From: an uncultured Bacteroides sp.
Lineage (GTDB): Bacteria > Bacteroidota > Bacteroidia > Bacteroidales > Muribaculaceae
Assembly (NCBI GenBank): GCA_964621135.1
Contig: CAZULD010000002.1
Coordinates: forward strand, 1-36,591
DNA: 36,591 bases
Direction: 5' to 3'
Made by a program: the position numbers and the translations under genes. This document shows, piece by piece, positions 7,517 through 16,045 of this stretch (position 1 is its first letter; every line of letters starts with the position of its first letter). The notes beneath the pieces are model-generated. The model searched no databases. It worked only from the letters and a program-made list of their open reading frames with translations, and was not told the origin of the DNA.

Positions 7517-10240
7517 TTATTTCGCGGGGGTGATGACGAGGCTGTCGAGGTGGATCTGGCCGCGTTTTGAGGCTCCGTCGCTGCCGAGGGTGGCATCGTG
7601 GCCAATGGTGAAGGTGACGTCAGTTGCGTCGCCGACCCATGTAAACGATGTGTCGCCGGTGGCCTGCGCAGGCGAGATCTTGCCTGTACTGGGTGTCACG
7701 GTGGTGTAGCGGAAGGAGTTGGTAGCGTTGATGTTAAAGGTGATCTTAGTCATGCGGGCACCCTTGATCTCGATAGTGTTGTCGGCATAGAGGCGCATGG
7801 CTCCTGAATTGGCGTGGAGCGAGGGAGCGGTAGCACCGGAGGCTTTGTCGATGGTGATAGTGTAGCCGTCGACGGTCGCAGAGCCGCCGGCGTTGAGTGA
7901 CGATGCGCCGATAGTGACGGTTTCACCCGAGGGTGTGGGATCGGGAGTAGGATCCGGGGTCGGGTCGGGAGTGGGGTCAGGAGTTGGGTCGGGGCTGACA
8001 GTGCCTGCGTCGCCGGTTACGGAGAACTGACGGATCTCCCAAGCGATGCTCTGTTTGCCGTCGTTGACATATTTGAAACCGATCTCGACGGTCTTGCCGA
8101 CGAAGCCGGAGATGTCGACGCTGTTTTCGGCCCATCCGGTCCAGTTGCCGGTGCCCTTTGCGGGGAAGTTGGTGAGGGTCAACTGCTGCCACTGTCCGCC
8201 TTTCTCGCGGATGTTAAGGGTGCAGAAGCTCTCCTGCTTGGTCGGGAAGTAGAAACCGAAGGCCTGCTCGAGCTTGATCGAGGCTGCGGTGGCCTTGGAG
8301 AGGTCGATCGCAGGCGAGATGAGCCATGCGGTAGCGGCCTCGTTCTTGCTGTTGACATATGAGTTTGCGATGGCGCAGAGGGGAGAGTTGGAGTTAGCGC
8401 GCCAGCCGGTCCAAGAGCCTGAGGTCTCAACGGAGGTGGTGAACTGGCCGAGTGAGCCGCTCTCAAAGGTCTCGCTGTAGATGACGTTGTCGGAGGGTGT
8501 GGGAGGAGTGACTACAGAACCCTGACCGTTGAGGGTGTACTCGGTGCCGTTCTTGACGCCGGGGCCGCCGCAGTACTTCATGACGTCGCCCTTGATAGAA
8601 AGGACCTTGCCGAGGTTCTCGGGATGGCTCTGGAGGTTGAGGGCATCGCGCAGGCCGGGAGCGACACTCGCGGCGGGGAGCTGGATGCCGACGCACTTGG
8701 CGTAGTTGGTTTCGTCGGGGGTCGGAGCGATGACAAGGTTGGTGTTGACGGTGACGTTGTCAGCGTTGAACACTGTTCCTGAGAGGGCAGTGGTGGGTTC
8801 GGTCGGCATGTAGCCAACGATGTAGCCGCTCACCCAAACGCCTGTCTCGACAGCGGTGGTCGTCGACGAAGGATTCATGGCGATTACCTGTGCGGGGTTG
8901 TAAGGCTTGGTTTCTGTGCCGTCGCCGGTGGGAATGCCTTCGTTGCCGGTGGTGACGCCTTCGATCTTGAACTGCGAGGCTGCGCCGCTGTTGCTGGTGA
9001 TGCCGTAGGTGCCCATGACGCGGTCGAACGATCCGCGGACGGTGATGGCCTTGCCGAAGTTGGCGGGGTTGTCGCGGAGGTTGCCGTACTGACGGAAGGG
9101 AGTGTTGGCGGGGAGCTCGATGACAAGGGCCTGCGAGAGGCTGCGGGTGTCTTTGTCGGCACCGATGACGAGAGTGTAGGGCATCACGACGTCGGAACCC
9201 CACTGGATGTCGTCGTCAGAGGTGATTTCGGTGACGCCGGGAGCAACGGCTCCGACAATGTAGCCGGTAACCCAACCATCGGCAACGGTGGCGTCCTGTT
9301 CGAGCTTAACGACCTCGGCGACGGTGTAGGGGTTGGTCTCTGTGCCGGGTGCGACGGTGGGATTGCCGAAGTTCATGCAACCTTCGTAGTCGTTGAGGAT
9401 GAGCTGCCAGTTGGAAGCTCCGGCGAGGTTCTGATAGAAGCTGAGGATGCCGACGATGTCGCCGTTGCCGGCGGGGAGCATCTTGTTCCAGAAGGTGGCG
9501 TAGCCGCTGGTGCGGACCACGACGTTGCTGTTGCCTTCGGCGTCGACGATGGTCTTGTTGACCTCGGCGTTATCGTTGCTGTGGTATGCGGCAAAGGTCT
9601 TTACGCCGCCATCGAGGAAGTGGACGTTGTTGATGCGCACCATCTGACCCTGCCAGCGGCGGAGTCCTTCGGGCGACGTATCGAAGTCGGTGAATGAGTT
9701 GACGGTGATAGTGTCGAGTTTTGACACTTCGGGGAGGCCGTTGAGCTCGATGTGCTGCTGGAAGAATTCGGGCGACATGAAGCCAACCTGCCATGTAGAG
9801 CCGTTCTCGTAGTAAGAAGGTGTGCCGAACTGCTGCAGACCGGCGTATTTGCCGATGTACATGCCTGTGGCGTCGACGACGATCTCCTGACCGCGGCGAT
9901 ACTTTAGGTAGAGGTTATAGGAGTTGACCGAGAAGGTAATGGCGCCGGTCTCGTCCTGAATGGAGAGGAATTTGAACACGTTGCTCTGTTCGTCGGACGA
10001 AATGACGCGTCCGCTGATGATGTAGTGCGAGCCGTCGGGCTTCGTGCGGACGGTGTCGGCATAGTTTGTCGCGTCCTGCCAGAAAGCGGCCTTGAGTTCG
10101 GCGATAGTGGTGTTGGGCTGAAGGGCGGCGACCGGAGCTTCCATAGCGGGAGTGTCGAAGTCGTCCTGGCAAGCTGAGAAGCCGAGAGCGATCATCGAAG
10201 CAGCCGCGAGGCCCATAATATATGATTTAACTGTTTTCAT
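7517..10240 (-). CDS. DUF5689 surface lipoprotein with two DUF6359-like repeats, a beta-sandwich (choice-of-anchor J/DUF5017-like) domain, a PDPT linker and a C-terminal domain
   Basis: Lipobox FSAC-QDDFD; NTTIAELK, I-GRVISSD--SNVFK-L-IQDETG, SGYATF---LP-G-G---GIL; two PY-V...GYIVG...QLP...NL--P---GK repeats. Confidence 0.8.
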   Translation of the reverse strand: MKTVKSYIMGLAAASMIALGFSACQDDFDTPAMEAPVAALQPNTTIAELKAAFWQDATNYADTVRTKPDGSHYIISGRVISSDEQSNVFKFLSIQDETGAITFSVNSYNLYLKYRRGQEIVVDATGMYIGKYAGLQQFGTPSYYENGSTWQVGFMSPEFFQQHIELNGLPEVSKLDTITVNSFTDFDTSPEGLRRWQGQMVRINNVHFLDGGVKTFAAYHSNDNAEVNKTIVDAEGNSNVVVRTSGYATFWNKMLPAGNGDIVGILSFYQNLAGASNWQLILNDYEGCMNFGNPTVAPGTETNPYTVAEVVKLEQDATVADGWVTGYIVGAVAPGVTEITSDDDIQWGSDVVMPYTLVIGADKDTRSLSQALVIELPANTPFRQYGNLRDNPANFGKAITVRGSFDRVMGTYGITSNSGAASQFKIEGVTTGNEGIPTGDGTETKPYNPAQVIAMNPSSTTTAVETGVWVSGYIVGYMPTEPTTALSGTVFNADNVTVNTNLVIAPTPDETNYAKCVGIQLPAASVAPGLRDALNLQSHPENLGKVLSIKGDVMKYCGGPGVKNGTEYTLNGQGSVVTPPTPSDNVIYSETFESGSLGQFTTSVETSGSWTGWRANSNSPLCAIANSYVNSKNEAATAWLISPAIDLSKATAASIKLEQAFGFYFPTKQESFCTLNIREKGGQWQQLTLTNFPAKGTGNWTGWAENSVDISGFVGKTVEIGFKYVNDGKQSIAWEIRQFSVTGDAGTVSPDPTPDPTPDPTPDPTPDPTPSGETVTIGASSLNAGGSATVDGYTITIDKASGATAPSLHANSGAMRLYADNTIEIKGARMTKITFNINATNSFRYTTVTPSTGKISPAQATGDTSFTWVGDATDVTFTIGHDATLGSDGASKRGQIHLDSLVITPAK
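7931..7995 (-). repeat. Coding 12-bp tandem repeat, (PDPT)x5 linker
   Basis: Encodes PDPTPDPTPDPTPDPTPDPTP with varied synonymous codons. Confidence 0.9.
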
Positions 10241-10268
10241 TTTAGTCGGTAATTACAGAGGTTAGTCA

Positions 10269-12077
10269 TTATTTGGCTGCGGTCACTTTGAGATTTTTGA
10301 TTTCCCAAGCGATGCTCTGCTTGCCGTCGTTGACATATCTGAAAGCGATTTCGATAGTCTTTCCGGCGAGAGAAGTGATGTCGAGTGAGTTTTCGACCCA
10401 ACCGGTCCAGTTGCCTGATCCGCTCTTCTCGGGGAAGACGGTCAGGGTGAGGGGCTGCCACTCGTTATCGTTGCCGCTCTCGCGGACGAGGACAGTGCAG
10501 AATTCTTCCTGCTTGGTCGGGAAGTAGAAGCCGTAGGCCTGCTCGAAGACGATGGCGGCCGATTTGTAGGCTGTCAGGTCGATAGCGGGCGAGAAGAGCC
10601 ATGCGGTAGCGGCTTCGTTCTTGCTGTTGACATAGGAGTTTGCGATGGCGCAGAGAGGCTCCTTGGTGTTGGCGCGCCAGCCTGTCCATGATCCCGAGGT
10701 CTCGACGGAGACACCGAACTGACCGAGGTCCCCGTTGAGGAAAGTCTCGGAGAAGACGGTTTCACCGTCGGCGGGTGCGGGAGGAGTGACGGGGCTGTCC
10801 TGACCTTCGAGTGTCCACGCCGAAGCGTTCTTCACGCCGGGACCCTTGCAGTAGTACATGACGTCGCCCTTGATCGAGAGGAGCTTGCCGAGGTTTTCGG
10901 GGTGGCTCTGGAGGTTGAGGGCGTCGCGCAGACCGGGAGTGACGCTTGCCGAGGGGAGCTGGATGCCGACACACTTGGTGTAGTCGGTGACGTCGGGCGC
11001 TGAAGCGATGACGAGGTTAGTGGTGGGAACGGTGCCGGTAGTTCCGAAGACTGTGCCTGAAAGGAGAGTCGACGGCTCGGTCGGCATGTAACCTACGATG
11101 TAACCGCTGACCCATACGTCGCTCTTGACAGCGTCGGTGGTCGAAGTGGGGTTCATGGCGATGACCTGCGCGGTGGTGTAGGGCTTGGCTTCTGTGCCGT
11201 CGCCGTCACCTTCGGAGGGAGTGGGAGGAGTTACAGGGGTATCACTACCTTCGAAACCGATGCAGCCGGCAGCATCGTTGAGGAGGATCTGCCAGTTGGT
11301 GCCAAAGTAGCTGAGGATACCGACCACAGAGCCTTCGCCCGAAGGAAGGAGCTCGTCCTTGAAGTCGGCGTAGGTGCTGTTGTAGACGTTGATGCGGTTG
11401 CCTGCGGCGTCGACGATATAACGGCTGTTGGACGAAGTGCCGACAGCGAAGGGCTGCCCTGCATTCTCGAAGCGGACGCCGTCGAAGCGTACGAGCTGGC
11501 TCTGCCATTTCTGAAGGCCTTCAGCCGAGGTGTTGAGGGCGTTGACCTCGGGGATTGTGGCGAGGACGGTGTCGACCTTAGCTGCGGAGGGGAGACCGCT
11601 GACCTCTGCGTGGGTCGCAAAGAGGGCTTCGGGCGCACGAGCCACACGACCGTTGGCGTCAGAGCCGCTGCCGACACACATCAGGCCGCTGTAGCCGCCG
11701 ATGGTCAAACCGGTGAGGTTGACATAAATTTCCTGACCGTATTTGTAGCTCTGGTAGATGTCGTAGAAGTCGAGCGAAAATGCGAGAGCCTCGCTTTCGC
11801 CCTGGACGAAGAGGTATTTGAAGATGTTGCCTGACTCATCGGAAGAGCATACACGGCCCTTGACGATGATCGAGTCGCCGTCGGCGTTGAGACCGACGGT
11901 CTGAGGTGTGCCCTGAACGGTCGACCAATAGTCGGCCTTGAACTGCTCGATGGTTGTGTTGGCCTGCCAAGAAGAGGTCGGCACGACCATCGGGGGACGC
12001 TCGAAATCATTGTCGCACGCTGCGAAGCCTGCGGCAGCCAGAGCGATTGAAGCTATATATAATGAAGTCTTTTTCAT
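10269..12077 (-). CDS. DUF5689 surface lipoprotein with one DUF6359-like and one beta-sandwich domain (paralog of 7517-10240)
   Basis: Lipobox FAAC-DNDFE; ANTTI, GRVCSSDESGNIFK, YADF----LPSGEGSVVGILS; C-terminal ~310 aa highly similar to the downstream paralog. Confidence 0.8.
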   Translation of the reverse strand: MKKTSLYIASIALAAAGFAACDNDFERPPMVVPTSSWQANTTIEQFKADYWSTVQGTPQTVGLNADGDSIIVKGRVCSSDESGNIFKYLFVQGESEALAFSLDFYDIYQSYKYGQEIYVNLTGLTIGGYSGLMCVGSGSDANGRVARAPEALFATHAEVSGLPSAAKVDTVLATIPEVNALNTSAEGLQKWQSQLVRFDGVRFENAGQPFAVGTSSNSRYIVDAAGNRINVYNSTYADFKDELLPSGEGSVVGILSYFGTNWQILLNDAAGCIGFEGSDTPVTPPTPSEGDGDGTEAKPYTTAQVIAMNPTSTTDAVKSDVWVSGYIVGYMPTEPSTLLSGTVFGTTGTVPTTNLVIASAPDVTDYTKCVGIQLPSASVTPGLRDALNLQSHPENLGKLLSIKGDVMYYCKGPGVKNASAWTLEGQDSPVTPPAPADGETVFSETFLNGDLGQFGVSVETSGSWTGWRANTKEPLCAIANSYVNSKNEAATAWLFSPAIDLTAYKSAAIVFEQAYGFYFPTKQEEFCTVLVRESGNDNEWQPLTLTVFPEKSGSGNWTGWVENSLDITSLAGKTIEIAFRYVNDGKQSIAWEIKNLKVTAAK

Positions 12078-12111
12078 TGTAGGTTTGCTTTTATTGATTG
12101 ATGGTCATGTA

Positions 12112-14865
12112 TCAGAATTTCACGCCGACATTGACAAAGGCGCGGACACCCTGGGCGTAGCTCAGACGGTTGGGGTAAGCTCCGCGGTCGTAATTCTTGG
12201 TGTCGAGTCGTCCCTGCTGGTAAGCGTAGGTGACAACGTCGCGGTTGTTGAGAATGTTGTTGATGTTGACGTTGATGTTGAGTGAGACTTTGCGGTTGAT
12301 ATAGATCAACTTGCCGATAGAGAGATTGAGTGTGAAGGCATTCTTGATCTTATCCTGAGCCGAAAGTTCGTCGATCTTTGCGCGTAGCTCTTCCTCGCTG
12401 TTGCCGAACTGCTCCCAGAGAGCGGGCAGAGCTTCGTGATAAGCGGGGGCGAGGTTGACATAAGCGTCGCCCTGGAAGGTGCCGTTGATGTTGAAGAACC
12501 AGTTGCCGGGAGCTGCCCAGTCGAGACCGAGGTTGGCCTGTGTCTGGGGTACTGAGCCGAGGTAGTAATTCTTCAGATAAACGGTTTGGGTCGTATCGGG
12601 GTGAAGGCCGTTTTCGAATGTACGGGTGCCCTGAGGATTGTTTTTATACTGGAAGCGCGAAATCGTTCCGGCGAATGTAGCGGTCAGCGAGGGTGTGATC
12701 TTGTAAGCCATGCCGAGTTCGACGCCCTTGTAGACACGACGTACGCCTCGGAGAACGTAATTGGTATAGGTCTGATAAGCCTCGTCGTAGAAACCGTTGC
12801 GCTCTATGGCGTTGGACATGTCGGTGTAGTAACCGGAGATAGATCCGCGGAAGCGGCGGTAGTTCCAAGTATAGGTGAGGTCAGCCGAGAAGTCGCGTTC
12901 GGAAGTGGGACGGTCGACGGTGGTGTTCTTGATACGGGGAGCGATGAAAACGTTGTCGAAGAGCGGAGCGCGTGTGCCGTAGTCGATATGAGCGGTGAAG
13001 TAGTTACGACCGTCGAGTTTGTAGGTCGCTCCGGCCTTGATGCCAGCGTTGTCGAAACGCATCATTGCGCTCTTGCCGAGTGAATTCTGCGGAGCGCGGC
13101 CGTTGCGCATGTGACCGTCGCGCTGGTACTGGGTGTAGCTCATCTTGAGGCCATAGTTGATGTCCCAGTGAGCGGTGTTGATGACATTCTGCAGCCATGC
13201 CTCAGCCTGAAGGGCGTAGATGTCATAATTATATCCGAACTTGTCGCCCTTGCCCACACGACGGTTGGGATGATCGAGGTCGTTCTGGAGATTGTCAGGA
13301 GCGAGGGTGATGTCGCGGTCGCTGAAGGGATCGACGTCAAGCCAGAATTCGCCGCCCATGAGGTCGCGGACGGTCTTGTAGTTTGATCCTTTGGTGTAGT
13401 TGAACGATACGCCGCCCTGCAGAGAGATGATATCATTGAGGCGGGTGTTGATATATGAGCTCATCTGAGCGGTGAACTGGTTGCTGACGCGGTTCTCCAT
13501 AATGTAGCTCGAACCTTTCTTTTCGCCTTCGGGCAGAGTCTGATTCTGGATGTTGTTGAGGTAGTTGATGTGATAGAGTTCGTCCCATTTGATCTGGCGG
13601 AGCGAACCGTCGCGCCAACCTTCGGTGTAGAGTTCGAACTGCTCGGGATCATCCTTATAATAAGAAGGGAGGTAGCGGTAGTAAGTCGGATTGGGGTCGT
13701 TGGCCTTATAGTACTGGAGAGCGGTGCGGTTATAATTGACCCATCGAACGGCAGCGGCGGTGTTGACCACGGTGTTATCCTTCTTGTAAAGCCAGTTGAG
13801 CATCATAGTGGGGTCGAAAGTCTCGGTGATGCGGCTCGAACGCTTCTTGCCGTCCTGCCAGCCCCATGCAGGGTTGTAGAGATTAGAACCTGCGAGGTCG
13901 TAGGCTTCCTGATAGGTGGCGATGCCCGTTGCACGCTGAGTGGGGCCTCCGAAAGCGGTAAGTGTTAGAGAGTTGTTCTTGTTGAACTGCTTTTCGAGCG
14001 AAAGGAAGAGACCTCCCGAATTGTAGAAAGTGCCTTCCATCACGCCCTCGTTGGCATAGCGGCCGATAGCGCTGACGGTGAGAGCCCAGCCGTGGGCGTT
14101 GACGCCGGTAGAATAAGTAGCCATGGCTCGGAGCATATAGCTCGAGTTGGTGTAAGCGAGTGAACCGTTGAAGCCGGGGGCATACATATCAGTGACGGTG
14201 TTGTAATTGACCGATCCGCCGAGGTCGCCGAAGCCGTAGTTGGCAGCGCCCATGCCGACAGTTGTCGTTTTGTTGCGGAACGCACGCGAAGTCATGCCGA
14301 GGAGCGTAGAGAAGTTGAAGCGTCCGCGGATGAGATCGTTGAAAGCCATACCGTTGATGTAGACGGTCTGATACTGGCTGTCATAGCCGCGGTAACGGAA
14401 ATACATCGGCGAGAAATTATAAGAGGCGGTGCTGTAGTAGATGTCGTCATTCGCACCGTTGAGCGCGGCGACGTTCTGACTGCTGCCTTCCTCGTCTTCG
14501 AAAGTAGCATCGTCGATGATCATGTCGCTTGACTCAGAGAAGTAGTCGTCGCTTGCGTCAGACACCTGACTGAGGCGCAGCTCGCCGATGTCGGTCTTGC
14601 TGCCGTCGACGATGACGTCAACGCCCATAGCGGTGTAACCGTCGTTAATGACGGTCAGATAATTGAAGCCCGAAGGTGCTTCGAGTCGGAAATCACCGTT
14701 GAAATTAGTTGTTACGGATACGCCTTTGTCGCGCAGGGCAACAGTGGCGCCTGACACAGGATTGCCGGACGAAGCATCGATGATCTTGCCAACTATCTCT
14801 GCTGTCTGGGCTGTCATCGGCAGCATGGCCGAGAGCAACATTAATAGAAACAGTTTAAGTCTCAT
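12112..14865 (-). CDS. TonB-dependent receptor (non-SusC type) with an N-terminal carboxypeptidase-regulatory-like domain
   Basis: Signal peptide; G-IIDA--G-PV-GATV...TT---G-F; plug F-YRGYD...VYING...GG-VN; beta-barrel ending VNVGVKF. Confidence 0.9.
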   Translation of the reverse strand: MRLKLFLLMLLSAMLPMTAQTAEIVGKIIDASSGNPVSGATVALRDKGVSVTTNFNGDFRLEAPSGFNYLTVINDGYTAMGVDVIVDGSKTDIGELRLSQVSDASDDYFSESSDMIIDDATFEDEEGSSQNVAALNGANDDIYYSTASYNFSPMYFRYRGYDSQYQTVYINGMAFNDLIRGRFNFSTLLGMTSRAFRNKTTTVGMGAANYGFGDLGGSVNYNTVTDMYAPGFNGSLAYTNSSYMLRAMATYSTGVNAHGWALTVSAIGRYANEGVMEGTFYNSGGLFLSLEKQFNKNNSLTLTAFGGPTQRATGIATYQEAYDLAGSNLYNPAWGWQDGKKRSSRITETFDPTMMLNWLYKKDNTVVNTAAAVRWVNYNRTALQYYKANDPNPTYYRYLPSYYKDDPEQFELYTEGWRDGSLRQIKWDELYHINYLNNIQNQTLPEGEKKGSSYIMENRVSNQFTAQMSSYINTRLNDIISLQGGVSFNYTKGSNYKTVRDLMGGEFWLDVDPFSDRDITLAPDNLQNDLDHPNRRVGKGDKFGYNYDIYALQAEAWLQNVINTAHWDINYGLKMSYTQYQRDGHMRNGRAPQNSLGKSAMMRFDNAGIKAGATYKLDGRNYFTAHIDYGTRAPLFDNVFIAPRIKNTTVDRPTSERDFSADLTYTWNYRRFRGSISGYYTDMSNAIERNGFYDEAYQTYTNYVLRGVRRVYKGVELGMAYKITPSLTATFAGTISRFQYKNNPQGTRTFENGLHPDTTQTVYLKNYYLGSVPQTQANLGLDWAAPGNWFFNINGTFQGDAYVNLAPAYHEALPALWEQFGNSEEELRAKIDELSAQDKIKNAFTLNLSIGKLIYINRKVSLNINVNINNILNNRDVVTYAYQQGRLDTKNYDRGAYPNRLSYAQGVRAFVNVGVKF

Positions 14866-14984
14866 AAAAAGGTCGGTTATGTTTTTGGTTAATTGATGTT
14901 TAGAAGTTAGGTCGGGCGTGACGCCCGTGATTTAAGGCTGCCTCAAGCGGGTCATCGCGTCAGCGATGCGGATATTTCGGCACT

Positions 14985-14992
14985 CAAAGTTA
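14985..14992 (-). promoter_or_regulatory. -7 promoter element for the TonB operon
   Basis: TAACTTTG on the minus strand, about 120 nt upstream of ATG 14865. Confidence 0.6.
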
Positions 14993-15077
14993 ATATTTAA
15001 TTCTTGATTAGTGAGCGATTGAACGCAAAAAAACGCGTCATTGCACTATTGTGCGGGATTAAATAGAGATTAGTATA

Positions 15078-15134
15078 CACAAAAAATGTACGAACTTTGT
15101 GTAAATTCTCACAAAAAATGTACGAACTTTGTGT
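15078..15134. repeat. Perfect 25-bp tandem direct repeat with internal dyad symmetry
   Basis: CACAAAAAATGTACGAACTTTGTGT at 15078-15102 and 15110-15134, spacer AAATTCT. Confidence 0.95.
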
Positions 15135-15157
15135 TTGGGGGCGATAAAAAAGGTTTG

Positions 15158-15529
15158 TCAGAGATTACGGGCGACCCACCAGATAAGTGTGGTGAGGAGG
15201 ATGATTAGAATAAAGGTGGAGGAGGAGACTGTGCGGTAAAGTCGAGAGTCGCGTCGACCGCAGAGTTCGACGACAAAGTAAAACACTCCGACTGGAAATA
15301 GAAAGAATATGAAAGAGTTATAACGCCATGCTGCGGCAATGTCTCCTTGGAGGACAGCATGTAAGGCGCGCTGACTGCCACAGCCCGGACAGTCGTAGCC
15401 TGTCAAGGCCTTGAGGCTACAGCGGGGCATCCATGTAGACACTTCCGGATCGAAAGATCCATAAATAATTACGGCAGCCATCGCTACAACGAGTGCACCG
15501 ATGACTGCCGTTTTTTTATTAACGGTCAT
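15158..15529 (-). CDS. DUF2752 membrane protein
   Basis: P-C-LK-LTGYDCPGCGSQRALH--L-GD---A--YN signature; start set at ATG 15529, just after the CD225 stop. Confidence 0.88.
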   Translation of the reverse strand: MTVNKKTAVIGALVVAMAAVIIYGSFDPEVSTWMPRCSLKALTGYDCPGCGSQRALHAVLQGDIAAAWRYNSFIFFLFPVGVFYFVVELCGRRDSRLYRTVSSSTFILIILLTTLIWWVARNL

Positions 15530-15531
15530 TT

Positions 15532-16035
15532 TCAAAACATCAACATAGTCAGAGGCATGGCCATCAATCCGATGACGATGGAGAGGATTATGGTCCACTC
15601 GGCTGCTTCTGACATTTTTGCTGCCTTACGATAGTCGCCTGAACGATAGGCACTGCTGACCATATTGGAGAATACAAGTCCGAGGATACCTCCGATGGGG
15701 AAGCAGCAGATCAGGACGAATATTGACCAACCGATGAATGTCGGCGGACAGGGATTGTTTATGTCGTCAGTATCGTTGAGAGACAGGCGTCCGGCTGAAT
15801 ATGTCGCTCCGGCGTCATGCAGGATGCCGGTGTGCTGAACTGCAGACTGTGCAGGCTCTTCGGCCTCAGTAACAGAGTTGAAAACAGCGGCTGTGGCAGG
15901 AGCTTCGCCTGCGGGCATCCATCGGTCGAGACCTTCGTACCAAACAGGTGTGGAAGGTGTCACAGGCAGTTGGGCAAACTCTTCGAGAGTGTAAGGCCCC
16001 TGTTGAATTTCATTGAGAAAGACCCAGATTTTCAT
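15532..16035 (-). CDS. CD225/dispanin-family membrane protein with an N-terminal GYF_2 (DUF4339) domain
   Basis: QQGPYTLEE...TPVWYEGLDRW-PA; P-T---WSI---ICC-P-G--G-VFS--V...GDY--A---S--A. Confidence 0.88.
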   Translation of the reverse strand: MKIWVFLNEIQQGPYTLEEFAQLPVTPSTPVWYEGLDRWMPAGEAPATAAVFNSVTEAEEPAQSAVQHTGILHDAGATYSAGRLSLNDTDDINNPCPPTFIGWSIFVLICCFPIGGILGLVFSNMVSSAYRSGDYRKAAKMSEAAEWTIILSIVIGLMAMPLTMLMF

Positions 16036-16045
16036 TGCTGACAGA

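Noticed and set aside
7931-7995. PDPT repeat as a phase-variable tract
   Set aside because: In-frame 12-bp units with diverged synonymous codons; an ordinary linker
7470-14896. Many short alternative-frame and antisense ORFs
   Set aside because: Expected by-products of GC-rich codon bias within three long real genes
15078-15134. Possible mini-CRISPR array
   Set aside because: Only two repeats with a 7-bp spacer, and no cas genes in the window
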